Shown piece by piece: positions 24,108-39,402 of a stretch of 64,000 nt of DNA (within the stretch, counting starts at the first letter, position 1; the number at the start of each line of letters is the position of its first letter). The notes under the pieces are model-generated. The model ran no database searches. It saw nothing but the letters and a program-made list of their open reading frames with translations, and was not told where the DNA came from. The position numbers were made by a program, and so were the translations under genes. Origin of the DNA: Anolis carolinensis (Eukaryota); contig NC_085842.1 in assembly GCF_035594765.1 (NCBI RefSeq), positions 19,754,782-19,818,781 of the forward strand. Reading direction: 5' to 3'.

Positions 24108-24849
24108 GTAAGGTGGAATGTTTCTTTTAACATTAACGGAAATGTGCCAGTTGATATCTGAAAAGCCAGAAATGTGCCAGTTGATACCTATGAAGTTTGA
24201 GTTTGGCCAGTGCTTTGGCAAGTAATGTTTCAGTTGGTGCTGTCCTCAGGGATCAAAAGTCTGAAAGCCAATCCTTAATGTGGAATGCCTTATTAGGGGA
24301 GCTGAATATGTTTAGTTTCCAGAAATGACAAGAAGTGACATGATAGCTATCTTTAGATGTCTGAAGGCACGTCATATGGACTTTGTAAAAGTTTGATTAT
24401 TGCTATTCTAGAGGAGGCATGGGCAAACTCGGGCCCTCCAGGTGTGTTGGACTTCAACCCCCTACCGGCTGTTAGGAATTGTGGGAGTTGAAGTTCAAGA
24501 CATCTGGAGGGCCCGAGTTTGCCCTCCCTGACATAGGGGCACAGTTCAGTATATTGAATTACCTCTCCATTGATCTGAAAGCCAAAAGCTATTTTAGTCT
24601 GATATTTTAATTCAATTCATGGCTTGGATGTCCAAATGGTTTGTATATTATGGATTTTAACTTTAATTCATTGTTATGTTTATTGTTTATTTTTTGACTC
24701 GATGTGGTCTATGTTAATTTCATTTGGTATGTTTTTTTGTGTATCTTTGTATTAATTAGATTATAGTTGCTTATTTTATGTTGTTTGCATTTCTGCTATT
24801 TTATAGGCTGCCTTGAGTCTCTCTGTGGAAATGGGGCAGGATATAAAGA

Positions 24850-24850
<1 letters not shown>

Positions 24851-24905
<55 letters not shown>
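24851..24905. repeat. (ATT)n microsatellite; similar tracts near 10095, 27878, 28373, 52063, 52254, 53935 and 56344
   Basis: Direct reading. Confidence 0.95.
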
Positions 24906-24906
<1 letters not shown>

Positions 24907-24995
24907 AAGCTGGCTTTATCATTCCCATTTATAACTGTCCTGGATTATTTTTTTAAAAATTGTCGAACAAGGTGTCAATATATTAAATATATGTA

Positions 24996-25330
24996 CAGTG
25001 TTCTCTCACTTATTGCTGGGGTTAAGTTCCAGGACCACCCGCAATAAGTGAAAACCCACAAAGTAGGGACACTATATTTATTTTAATATTTATACATTAT
25101 TTTAGTAGTTATACACTATTTTAAGTCTTTATCAACCAATTGTGTGTTGATAAATCGCCTCCTTCTCCTCCCGTTGCCGCTTGGGCTCCCTTTCTCTCCC
25201 TTCGGCTTCTCCTTCCTCCCTTCCTTAGGCTGTAAATTGCAATTTTTTATGATTTATAATAGTCTTTTAGAGTTTATTGTGAAACAGCGAATCCGCGAAA
25301 AGTGAACCGCGAAGTAGTGAGGGAACACTG
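24996..25330. mobile_element. Tigger-like MITE
   Basis: TIRs CAGTGTTCTCTCACT and AGTGAGGGAACACTG, with TA flanks. Confidence 0.75.
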
Positions 25331-26136
25331 TATTTTCTCACCCCTGAGGGCTAGAAACCTGATTTTACAACAACAAAAATTATAATTGGGAAACACAATC
25401 TCATACATGTATACTAAAAATGTCCCTATAGATTCATTGGGGTTTTATTTAAAATTGTGATTTCACTTTCTTTGCTCCTTATATGCTTTCTTGGAACTGG
25501 TTTTGATTTAGCAGCCTTCTAATTCTTCTCTGTCAAGTATATATATTTTTCTAATATTTTGTACATGCTGTACATTTTGTACATGCTCTTTTCAAAAAAG
25601 AAAATATGGGTTGCTGTGAGTTTTCCAGGCTATATGGCCACATTTATTTATTTATTTCCAACATTTATACCCCGCCCTTCTCACCCGCTGGGACTCAGGG
25701 CGGCTTACAACAGTTGGCAACATTTAATGCCAAGAACATAATAATAAAACAAAAACAGTACATATCACCAATTAAACTATAAAAATATATGATTAAAGTA
25801 CATTATAACCTTTTAAAACATATGTAAATTAGATCCATTTGTCTAAAAACCTCATGTTTCAGCCTTCAATCAGACCATGTCGACATTATCATATTACTCG
25901 TTAAAAGCTTGCGCAAACAACCATGTTTTCATGGCCTTTCTGAAACCCAGAAGGGTTGGGGCTTGTCGGATATTTGTGGGGAGGGTGTTCCACAGCCGGG
26001 GAGCCACCACCAAGAAGGTCCTGTCCCTCGTTCCCACCAGCATTCTCTCCTGATGTTTCATCCATGTCAGGCATCCTCAGGGGTTGTGAGGTTTGTTGGA
26101 AACTACGGTAAGCAAGTGGGGTCTATATATCTGTAG

Positions 26137-27630
<1,494 letters not shown>

Positions 27631-27794
27631 AAATGAATTTCCAGAGATTAGCATATATACTCGTGTATAAGTCGACCTCGTATATAAGTCGAGGGCAGGT
27701 TTGGGGCCCAAATTATGGATTTTGCAAGGACCTACAGATAAGTTGAGGGTCATTCTTTGGAGAGGGTAAGCACCAATGCGATCTACCTCTAGAC

Positions 27795-27877
27795 CAGGGG
27801 TCCCCAAACTTTTTAAACGGGGCCAGTTCACAATCCCTTAGACCACTAGATGGCCGGACTATAGTTGGCCACCAAGC

Positions 27878-27943
<66 letters not shown>

Positions 27944-28370
27944 GAGGGTTGGAAGAGACCCCTTGGGCCATTTAGCCCAACCTCCTTCTGCCTTCGTGCA
28001 CCAAAAGCCCAAGCAAAGCACCCCTTTTACAAGGAGTTTTCTCCGTGTCTCTCTGAGTCCGTTATCAGTGCACCGAAGCACCTCCTCACATTCCACATTC
28101 CATGAAATATCTTCTGGTTTGTGTAGCACACAAACGGAAGCCTTCTGGCAATCAATCAGTGCTCGCTGCAGTTAACCTCTTGACTGCTGGAATGCTTGCC
28201 GAAACAAATCCACACACTTACATAGCAACAATGGATTAAACATTTCATTACAATACCACCAAAACAATAACAGAAGAGACCACTTGGGCCATTTAATCGA
28301 ACCCCTTTCTGCCTTTGTGCACCAAAAGCACAAGCAAAGCACCTCTGACAGATGGCCTTCCAGCCTCAAT

Positions 28371-28416
<46 letters not shown>

Positions 28417-29459
28417 GGGTGGAAGGAACCCCTTGGGCCATTTAGTCCAACCCCCTTCTGCCTTTGTGCTGTGGGGGCCGGTTAAATGGCTTTGATGTGC
28501 CGCAAGTGGCCTGCGGGCCATAGTTTGGGGGTAAGGAGAGAAGGCACGATCATCAAGTTTGCAGACGACACAAAACTGGGAGGGATAGCTAACACTCCAG
28601 AAGACAGGAGCAGAATTCAAAACGATCTTGACAGACTAGAGAGATGGGCCAAAACTAACAAAATGAAGTTCAACAGGGACAAATGCAAGATACTTCACTT
28701 CGGCAGAAAAAATGGCAATCAAAGATACAGAATGGGGGACGCCTGGCTTGACAGCAGTGTGTGCGAAAAAGACCTTGGAGTCCTCGTGGACAACAAGTTA
28801 AACATGAGCCAACAATGTGATGCGGCTGCTAAAAAAGCCAATGGGATTCTGGCCTGCATCAATAGGGGAATAGCGTCTAGATCCAGGGAAGTTATGCTCC
28901 CCCTCTATTCTGCCTTGGTCAGACCACACCTGGAATACTGTGTCCAATTTTGGGCACCACAGTTGAAGGGAGATGTTGACAAGCTGGAAAGCGTCCAGAG
29001 GAGGGCGACTAAAATGATTAAGGGTCTGGAGAACAAGCCCTATGAGGAGCGGCTTAAAGAGCTTGGCATGTTTAGCCTGCAGAAGAGAAGGCTGAGAGGA
29101 GACATGATAGCCATGTACAAATACGTGACGGGAAGTCATAGGGAGGAGGGAGCAAGCTTGTTTTCTGCTGCCCTGCAGACTAGGACACGGAACAATGGCT
29201 TCAAACTACAGGAAAGGAGATTCCACTTGAACATCAGGAAGAACTTCCTCACTGTGAGGGCTGTTCGACAGTGGAACTCTCTCCCCGGCGCCGTGGTGGA
29301 GGCTCCTTCCTTGGAGGCTTTTAAGCAGAGGCTGGATGGCCATCTGTCGGGGGTGCTTTGAATGTGATTTCCTGCTTCTTAGCAGGGGGTTGGACTAGAT
29401 GGCCCATGTGGTCTCTTCCAACTCTACTATTCTATGATTCTATGATTCTATGACCCCTG
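27795..29459. mobile_element. hAT non-autonomous element whose right TIR is split by a CR1 insertion
   Basis: Left TIR CAGGGGTCCCCAAAC. Right TIR GTTTGGGG (28523-28530) ... ACCCCTG (29453-29459). Internal (AAT)n tracts. Confidence 0.7.
28538..29452 (+). mobile_element. Young 5'-truncated CR1 LINE (RT C-terminal part intact)
   Basis: Uninterrupted frame from IIKFADDTKLGG to LDGHLSGVL and an (ATTCTATG)n tail. Confidence 0.95.
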
Positions 29460-32417
29460 GTCTATTTTTCCGTGTCATTTTTCCGTTTGCCCATTCAATA
29501 AGGCCAGAAGCGATAACAAGGTGGAGAGGGTAGGGAGGATTGGTACTTCTTTTAGGTTTTCCCAGGATGAATTAAGTTCTTGTCTTTCACCACTTCACTT
29601 ACAGAAGAGGATGGTTCCTTTGTTGATACGAGTCAATGTTCAGCACTGACGTTGACCAACGGATAAAACATCCCAAGTTTTTTACTAAAGTTTCTAGACT
29701 TACACATGAGTATATAGCAGATATGGGTAAACTTTGGCCCTCTGGGTGTTTTGGACTCCAACTCCCACCATTCCTAACAACCTCAGGCCCCTTCCTTTTC
29801 CCCCTCAGCCGCTTAAGCGGCTGAGGGGGAAAAGGAAAGGGCCTGAGGCTGTTAGGAATGGTGGGAGTTGAAGTCCAAAACACCTGGAGGACCCAAGTTT
29901 GCCCATGCTTGACTTGGACTGTGCCATGTCAGGCTGTCCTCTTGTTAACTGTGTAAATGGGCCAAAAGTCTGGGGTGGGTGGGTGCTTTTCTAAAAAGAA
30001 ATAAAAAATAAAATATAGAGAGATTGAGAATCAATTACATGGAGGAATCTTTGTTTCATCAGTCTAGAAAATGTGGGACACGGGTGGGTGAGATTGCAAA
30101 CCAGAAAAGAGGACGTACCTCTGGGAGGGGAAGACTTTTCCATGTCTCTGGGATCTTATGGGTCATAATTTTTTTTTTGCTCAGTTTTGTTTTTGAAAGG
30201 GAAATGAATGTCAAGATGGCCAATGGCAACACTCACACTTACCTCCAACAGGCAAGAGATCTTTATCCCACCCTGGACATTATTCCACAGATATATAAAC
30301 CCCACTTGACTAGTTTCCAACAGACCTCACAACTTCTGAGGATGTCTATCATAGATGTGGGTGAAACATCTTCTGGAATATGGCCATACAGCCCGGAAAA
30401 CTCACAGCAATCCAATGTCGACATGGTCCCCAAAGTCATCACTCACCACAGATCACATACAAGCCCTAGAGTTGGAAGACACCTCAGCTGCCATCCAGTC
30501 CATTCTCTATGCAGGAAGACACAATCTAAGCACTCCAGACAGATGGCCACTCAGTCCGTGTTTAAAGACCTCATAAGATCCTTCCACACTGTTTATCCCA
30601 GGTTATCTCGTAGTAGGGACTCCTATATCCCAGTTTAAAGCAAATAATCTGGGATCAGATCCTGGGATAAAGGGCAGTGTAGGAGAGCCCTGCTACACTC
30701 CAAAGCACTGTTTTGATACTCAAAAGACCTCATCCCATCATAAAGTTCCTCCTAATATTTAGGTGGAATCTCTTCCTGTAGTTTGTGGGTGAACTACAAC
30801 TCCCAGAAGGGAAGGTCAGTTCCCCCCAAACCCCTCCAGTAATCAAATTTCGGTATATCAGGTATGTGTGCCAAGTTTGGTCCAGATCCATCAGTTTTTG
30901 GGTTCACAGTGCTCTCTGGATGTAGGTGAACTACAACTCCCCCCCAAATCAAGGTGAATTTTCCCCAAAGACCTCCAGTATTTTTTGCTGGTCATGGGAG
31001 TTCTGTGTGCCAAGTTAGTTCCAGGTCCATCATTGGTGGAGTTCAGCGTGCTCATTGATTGCAGGTGAACTATACATCCCAGTACCTACAACTCCAAAAT
31101 GTCCAAGCCAATTCCCCTCAAAACCCAACAGTATTCAAATTTGGACATATTGGATATGCTTGCCAAGTTTGGTCCAGATCCATTGTTATTTGGGTTCATA
31201 GTGCGCTCTGGATGTAGGTGAACTACAACTCCTATAAATCCCTCCAAAGACCCCCAATATTTTTTGATGTTCATGGGTGTTCTGTGTGCCAAGTGAGTTC
31301 CAGGTCCATCATTGGTGGAGTTCAGAGTGCTCTAGGATTGCAAATGTACTATACATCCCAGTACTTACAACTCCTATAAATCATGGTGAATTCTCCCTAA
31401 ACCTCTCCAATATGTTCAGTTCCTGATCAATTCTTGTTTGCTGTGCGCCATAGAGAAGAATGGGAAAGGGTTATATGAGAGGCAGTGGGCGGGGTCATGC
31501 AAATTCCAAACCAATGGAGAGAGAAGGCAACACTGGGATGTCTGTGGTGGAGGAAACACATAAAATCTAGGGTGAAATTGTCCCCATCTGAAACCTTCAC
31601 TTGGGTAGTGGGAAGTATGGTGTCTGTGGAGGACATTGGCCGGGCTCTTGGAGATGTTTACGCCACTCGCTATAACCAACAATGTCATTGGAGGGAGGGC
31701 CATTGGTGTCTCCTGAGTAGTGGCAGCTACAGCTATTTGTGGAAGTGGGTGCCTGTCTGCATAAGTAGACACCCCAGCCACACACATACACATATATTTT
31801 CATTTTTATGTGTAAAGTATATATAGAATATTTCTCTGATTTTTGTTTTGCTGGTTGCTTGAATTCAAATATAGTCTACTGTATTTGACAGGATGTCCTA
31901 CTGAAGATGGAGTATGATTGCTTTCTGCTGATCTAGAGATTCAAGTTGCAGGAAAAAACAAAATCAGTGACAGTGTTGCATTTTAATTAAATTACACTAT
32001 AAGGATATAGTGGTTTGGTACTATAACTTTCCTGACTCCATTATGTGAAATCCTTGGGTTTGTAGTTTTGTAGGAGACTTGGGATTTTCTTGCTAGAGAG
32101 CTCGAAGGGTATTTCTTCACCCACATCCAATCCTTGACAATTCAGTCCTATTACAGCCTTCTTGGTATCAGTGGTAAAGAAGAGATGGAGCTATGTGTAT
32201 ATAGGAAACATACATGCATTTTGTGTTTAACTCTGAGGCATCTCATTATGTACACAGGTATTCCAAAATCTGGGGAAAAATGAAATCCAAAACACTTCTG
32301 GATTCAAGCATTTTAGAAAAAGGATACTCACCTCTACCAATACATACATCTCTCCATGCGATTTGCTGAAAGCCAGCGTTCAAATGAAGCATCCCCTGTA
32401 ATATGGCTATTTCCATA

Positions 32418-32845
32418 TTAGAATCATAGAGTTGGAAGAGATCTCATGGACCATCCAGTCCAACCCCATTCTGCCAAGAAGCAGGAAATCGCATTCAAAG
32501 CACCCCAGATAGATAGTCACCCAGCTTCCGTTTGAAAGCCTCCAAAGAAGGAGCCTCCACCACACCCCGAGGCAGAGAGTTCCACTGCTGAACAGCTCTC
32601 ACAGTGAAGAAGTTCTTCCTAATGTTCAGGTGGAATCTTCTTTCCTGTAGTTTGAAGACGTTGTTCTGCATCCTAGTCTGCAGGGCAGCAGCAAACAATC
32701 CTACTCACTCCTCCCTGTGATTTCCTCCCACATCTTGATCCCTGGCCCCATCATGTTTCCTCTTACCCTTCTCTTCTGCAGGCTAAAGATGCCCAGCTCT
32801 TTCAGCCATTCCTTACAGTGCTTGTTCTCCAGACCCTTGATCATT
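32418..32845 (-). mobile_element. CR1 LINE 3' fragment
   Basis: ORF 32495-32698 encodes FKLQERRFHLNIRKNF. Confidence 0.85.
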
Positions 32846-34092
32846 TGACTTAGAAATGGAGATGAGGACTAACCCCCAGAGTCAGACATGACTAGACTTA
32901 ATGTCAGGGGGAAACCTTTACTTCTTTATTATATACTAGCTTGGGGACCCGGTGGTTCCCGGGTTATTAGAAGAAGGCATTGTTTGTTTTGGGATGTTAG
33001 GTAATATCAGTTAGGTTTGGTCCAGATCCGTCATTGGCTAGGTTCAGGGCTCTCTGGATAAGGGTGAATTACAACTCGCAGATGCAAGATCAATTACCCC
33101 CAAAGCAGGCCTGTATGCAGTTGGCCATGTTGGGTCTGTGTGCCAGGTTTGGTCAAGATTTGATGTCTGCTGGGTTCAGTGTTCTCTGGATAAGGGTGAA
33201 CTATAACTCCCAAAATGAAGGTTCATTCCCATTAACTCCTGCAGTATGTTCAGTTGGTGATGGAGCTTCTCTGTGCCAAGTTTGGTCCCAGTCCATTGTC
33301 GGTGTGTGTGTGTGTGTGTGTGTGGGGGGGGGGGGGGTCACAGTATCAGTGAAGGTACTGCAAGTCCCATCATCCCATCATGACAAGTGTGGTCCAGATC
33401 CATTGTTGGTTGGGTTCACAGTGCTCTCTACATGTAGGTCAAGTACATGGTGTGAATCATGGTGAATTATTCCCCAAACTTCTTGTTCAGTTGGTGATTA
33501 ATTCCTCCGTTAACCGTGTACCATAGGAAAGGATAGGAAAGGGTTAAGGGAGAGGCAGTGGGCAGGGTCATGCAAATTAAGGTACCCTGGGATGTCCATT
33601 CTGGAGAACATTTAGGAGGAAGTTGTCCCTGCATGAAAGCCTTCACTTGGACGGTGGGCAGGATGATGTTTGTGGAGGACACTGGCAGGGTTTGGCCACA
33701 TTTTCATAGTGCTCACTATAACCTGCATTGTTTCTTGGAGGGAGGGCCATTGGTGTCTCCTGCTCAGTGGGAGCCATAGCGGTTTATGGAGGTGGCAGTT
33801 TGTCTGTGTAAGTAGACACCTCTGCCACATTCACACATACACATTTTTCATTTTTATTATGTGTGTAGATGTCTTAAATACAGCCCACAATTTCTCAATC
33901 TAATCGAGATAGCAACCGCCACCAAACATGTATGGAGATGACGCTGGAATGCCAATAAAGAAAATCCAGAGTGATCATTTCTACTTTCAAAAAGAGGATA
34001 ACAATTTGAATACTCCTAAACCACAAATGAAACAAAACAAATGCACAAATAAACACAGAACTGCAATGTCAGCATAATCCCAAGATTCAGGG

Positions 34093-34835
34093 TTATAGTC
34101 CACTATCGGCAGGTGTTTCCGCTGCGTGGGTTTTTTTGTGCAGCATAAGAAGAGAGATCTGACAGAAGCTTTCCTCACATTCGGGGCAGGAGTATGTTTT
34201 CCGGTGGAGGTGGGACCTCTGGTGCCGAGTGAGGTACGACTTGCAGACAAATCCCTTGCCACAGTCTGAACACCGGAAGGGCCTCTCGCCGGAGTGGATG
34301 CGCCTGTGGTGGAGGAACCCAGAGCGGGAGCTGAACCCGTTCCCGCAGACTGAGCAGCTGTACGGCTTTTCCCCGGTGTGGATCCTCTGGTGACGGGCCA
34401 GGTCCGACATCCACACAAAGCTTTTCTCGCAAGCAGAACAGTCGTAGAATGTGTTCCCACTGTGGGCCTTTTGGTGCGCAGTCAGGTGCTTCTTCTGCTC
34501 GAAGCTTTCACCACACTCGGCACACAGGTACCTCATCTCTCCATTGCTGTTTTTAACCTTCTTGAAAAGCCCTAATTTTGTCAAGGGTTTACCAACCGCA
34601 CCACCAGTCTTCAGGTGAGGCCCTGGTTCTGTCTCAGGAGAGATCTTGTCTCTGGGTTTATCCCCATTGGTTCTGAATCCATCTCCCGGCTTCCTTTTTG
34701 GGTTGTGAAGGTTCTCGGGTGCTTTGGCCACATCCTGTCCATCTGAAAGCTCCTCTCTCACTCTGCATGGGTCGCATTCTTCAGGGATACCTTGGCAATT
34801 GGGGGTCACTCTGTTTTCACTTGCCTGCCCCAAAT
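34093..34835 (-). CDS. ZF exon D: 5 C2H2 fingers, no own SCAN or middle exon found
   Basis: ORF 34093-34833 has five fingers (CAEC, CSAC, CSVC, CSDC, CPEC). Long polypyrimidine phase-1 acceptor TTTTTTATTCCATTAG|AT. Confidence 0.88.
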
Positions 34836-37800
34836 CTAATGGAATAAAAAAGAGAAAAAAGATCCAGAGAGTGCCATTTGTTCCCTCTCTTTTGGGTGGA
34901 CTGCAGTCCTCTTACATTCCACCTAGACAGAAAAATGGCCAGAGACTGTGGAAACTTTTATTTGCAGTGCTTTGTATCTGTAATATGCCTTGAGTCCCAA
35001 TTTGTGGGGAAAGTGGGGTAGAGATAGAGAGATTGCAGTCCAGTGCACAATATCGAGGAAGCCAAATGTTCCCCACTTTTTTATATCTTTGTAATTATCA
35101 GTTCAAAGCAGTTGGTGCCATCAGGACAAGTAGCATTCCTATCAGTGTGTCACATACCACATTTCCAGGGGTGGCTTCATAAATTGAACCTAGCATCCAC
35201 AAGTGTCCTGTTTCATCTTGAACACCCCTTAATTTAAGGGCTGGAAATCTTGTCCCATATGCTCCAAATCCTGTATTTTTTTGAAATTATTTTTATTAAT
35301 TATTTGGCACAAACAGTCTAATATACAATCAGAAAGTATACATTCAAAAATAATGAAATGTGTCTAGATCTGTATTCAAATCACAACTTGCACAAAATAA
35401 ATATAACATTCTTTGCTGTTCACTCTAATTCAAAACATTTTCAAAGCAAAATCCACCAGTTACTTCTCTCCCCTTTTTATCATATGTAGAAATCCTAATT
35501 TTTTTAAAAAAAGAGATTGCTTGCAAGGGAAATCCTGTATTTTGATCAATGTGGGTATGAACCAGATATGGTCACGCCAGATGGACCCTTGAGCCTTTGC
35601 TATGGAGTACAAATGGTCTAACGTTATATACCAGAGGTTGGAGTTGGGCAGCCACTCTTCCTCCTCTGGGCCAACTCTGAACTCACAACAGTAAAGATCT
35701 CACTTTCCAATAGCTCTAGATTGCCATCCCAATATTGTCCTGGTCTTGAGACACGAGATTTCACAGAAACAGAGATCATATGAGAGGTTCTTACATTGGT
35801 GGACCTTATGGAGGCCCACCTCACATGTCTCCTGCCAATCTTGAGTTGGCAACTGAGTGGGGAGGATGTTGTTAAGGTAAGTCCAGAGTATTATGGTTTC
35901 TCTATCCCCTTCCCCCTTTTGCATTGCCTCACACATCTCAACTGGTTGTCTTAATTCTCCCTCACCAGGGCTGAGATTTATGAAGACAAGTTTGAAAGTG
36001 TTACTTCTCCATTACAGCTCCTGAAGTTCCCAAACATCATAGTTAATAACCTCACACTCAAGGCTGGGGAATTCTGGAGACCCCAATCTTGAAAAGGTAC
36101 ATTTCTGGCATAAAATTAAGTGTATAATCACAGGTAGCTTACAAGAAAAATCCAGTATTTGGTAGATACTGGAAACTCACCTTAGCAAGACAAGATGTAG
36201 CTACAGTCAGCCCTCCACATTTGCTGCGGTTAGAGGTGTAGGACCTCTGTGGAAGGAGAAAATCCAAGAAATAGGGATATGCTTGCCTATGAAAATATCT
36301 CTCCAGAAACTAGACCCTCCAGAACAACCCTCTTGTTCATCTCTACCAAAGAATCATGATGGAGTAGGGACGCGAGTCGGATGTTGGATGGTAAAACATC
36401 AAACATCCAGGCGTCCCCTGGGCAATGTCCTTGCAGACAGCCAATTCTCTCACACCAGAAGCGACTTGCAGTTTCTCAAGTCACTCCTGACATGAAAAAA
36501 ATCCCCCCAAAAAACATGTATCACGATGAGAATCAACTTGTTCAATCCCTCTCACTAATAGCCCCTTTTATCAGCACAGCTGTAGAAGAGGCCGGTTTCG
36601 ACTGCTCTCACCTGCAAAGAAAGGTCATAGTTTCCTCTTAAGTATGGTTAAGATAAATTAAGATTAATCTTAAGTAAAGTTCATTGAAATATGCTAGTGC
36701 CATATTTCATGGTTTGGTATTGTCCAGTTTCAAGCAAAGCAGCATTAAGAACAATTGGTTCAGTTCTGATGACACGTCACACTGCAGTTAAGCAGAAAGG
36801 GGTGGGAAAAAAGCTTCCAGATGCCTTGGGCATGAACAGGAATACAGAGAAAGGAACAGCAAAAACCATAGCTCACTAACACTTGTTCCCAGTGCATTAA
36901 AATGAGAAGAGGGGAACATATAGCCCTGTGAGCTATATATTTTGCTAACAGGGCTACATATTTTGCCTCCACTTACTCATCTTTCCTTCTCCCTGTTCAT
37001 CAAAATCATGACCATGGTCTTAAGAAACTGGCAATCCCTGCACCTACCAGTATTAGTCTATTTATATATTTTGTTATGCTAGTTTGAGAACTAGACTACA
37101 ACTTTAGAGATTGGAATTCCCATCCTCCTTTGGCCAAGAGAGTCCCAGGGTAATTTTAAGATCACATACTCTCAGCCTCAGACAAAGGCAAAGAAATCTT
37201 GCCAAGGAAATTCCGCGATAGCTTCTCCTTAGGGTCACCATAAGTTGGAAACAACTTGAAGGCACACAACAACGGGTCTGAGCCAGGCCGAAGTTTTCCT
37301 CACTCAAAAAGACCTGCTCTCTTAAACATACAAGTAGGTTAAGGTAAAGGTTTTCCTCTGACATTAAGTCTAGTTGTGTCCAACTCTGGAGGCTGGTGCT
37401 CATCTCCATTTCTAAGCCAAAGAGCCAGTGTTGTCCATAGTCATGTGGCTGGCATGACTGCTGTTCCCTTTCTGCCGCAGCAGTACCTATTGGTCTACTC
37501 ACATTTGCATGTTTTTGAACTGCTAGGTTGGCAGAAGCTGGGGCTAACAGCGGGAGCTCATCCTGCTCCCCAGATTTGAACTGCTAACCTTTTGGTCAGC
37601 AAGTTTATCACCTCAGAGGTTTAACCTTCTGCGCTATCGGGAGCCCCATTAAAAAAAATACAAGAAACATATTAAATAAATTATTGGGCTGTGGAAAATG
37701 CTACTTCTTCTTCACCCTAAGACAGGCTTCACTGTCTTTAGCAACAAGAATGAGTTCTCTGCCTATAGCAGAGGTGGGAATCATTCATGACTCCTAGCAG

Positions 37801-38113
37801 CCCCAGCAGTCAGCTATGAAGAATGCTTGGAGATGCAGTCCAATTTGAAGCATGTGAGCTACAATCTCTAGCAGCATGTATGTATGCATCCAATGGTTCC
37901 CCCCAAAAAATCAAAAACAGCCATGGCAGGAATGGAGGACATTCTTTATTGTGTGAGTGACTGAATGCTCCTGCATTTTACAGTGCCTTAAAACATGACA
38001 TTTCTGACTAAAGGGCATCCGTGGGCCAGAATGATGGGTGATACTGATTTTCTACAAGAAGCAGCTCCTTCTCCTCCTCCTCCACCACCACCATCGTCCA
38101 AGCCTCCATAGGG

Positions 38114-38787
38114 CTAGCGTGCCGTGTGGATTCTTTGGTGTCTGTTAAGGCACGTGTTGCGAGAGAACCTCTTCCCGCACACGGGACACTCGTGCGGCCT
38201 CTCCCCCGTATGGATTCTGCGGTGAGTGTTAAGGTTCGCTTTCTGGCTGAAGCTTTTCCCGCAGCGCAGGCACTCGTAGGGCCTCTCCCCAGTGTGGATT
38301 CTCTGGTGAGTATTAAGGTAGGAGTTGCGAGAGAAGCGCTTCCCGCAAGTGGGGCACTTGTGGGGCCTCTCACTTTCACACCTTTTATGGTGCCCAAGGA
38401 GCTGGAATTTCTGACTGAATCGTTTTCCACAGTCCAAGCATTTAAAGGGCTTTTCTCCTGAGTAGACGCTCTCATGTTTAATGAGGCTCGGGCTCTGACC
38501 AAACTTTTTCCTAAGCACACCGTAGATACTCGGTCTCTTACCAGGGTACATCCTCCGCTGGAACACATCTTCCTTCAAGTCCTGCAACGGTCCCCCCAAC
38601 GGGACAGATAGAGCTACTTCTTGCCCTGAGCTGAGCTCCAGGTGACTCCCTAGAATGGCTCTCTGCTCACAAAACTGGGGGGGATTCTCTGCTGATCGCC
38701 AAACGGTTGGCCCGTGGGGTGCCAATTGCTCAGAAGCTTCTGGTGGAAATTCTTCTCCTTCCGCTATAGTCATCCACCCTTTAGCAC
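38114..38787 (-). CDS. Gene E terminal exon: 3 canonical C2H2 fingers, 1 C2HC-type finger, 1 decayed finger
   Basis: From ORF 38114-38947. Phase-1 acceptor after a T-rich tract, TTCCCTCCAG|GT. Minus-strand AATAAA at 37945-37950. Confidence 0.9.
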
Positions 38788-39402
38788 CTGGAGGGAAAAA
38801 AAAGACAAAAATCACTTGTGGAGGGATGACTCTACACATAATGCAGCTACCTAGACAGGAAACAAATAGTGGAATGAAAACATCATCTATACACATAAAA
38901 AAGTGAAAATACTGTATGTATGTTTTGTGTGTGGCTGGGGTGTCCACTTACACGGACAAGCTCCTGCCTCCACATACAGCTATAGCTCCCACTGCTCAGG
39001 AAACACCAAAGCCCCTCCTTCCAATGACATTGCAGGTTATAGCGAGTACCGTGAACATCCCCAAGAGCCCTGCCAATGTCCTTCGTAAACATCATACTGC
39101 TCACCACACAAGTGAAGACTTTCATATGGAGACAATTGCACCCTAGTTTTTGTGTTTTTCCCCCACCACAGGTATCCCAGTGTCCTCTCTCTCTCCATTG
39201 GTGTGCCATTTGAATGACCCCACCCACTGCCTCTCCCATAACCCTTTCCTATTCTTTTTTATGGCACACAGCAAATTGAGGAATTGATCAGCAACTGAAC
39301 ATACTAGAGAAGTTTGGAAAATCTGAAGTTATGAGATCCCTGCCAGGGCCAAACTGGATAGTCTCAAGGGTCATTCTCAAATCTAATAGCTTATATTCTC
39401 AC

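Noticed and set aside
27713-28620. ORFs with poly-I, poly-L, poly-Y or poly-N tracts (also 1869, 51982, 52116, 56017)
   Set aside because: Translations of (AAT)n and (AAC)n microsatellites.
28486-29361. 291-aa reverse-transcriptase ORF as a host gene or active element
   Set aside because: 5'-truncated CR1 lacking the endonuclease and most of the RT. The ORF start lies in flanking hAT sequence.
36176-36215. Minus-strand donor AAG|GTGAGT as an upstream exon for ZF exon D
   Set aside because: It abuts a Tigger-like repeat and I could not find a convincing acceptor, ORF or promoter. It cannot be excluded without RNA data.
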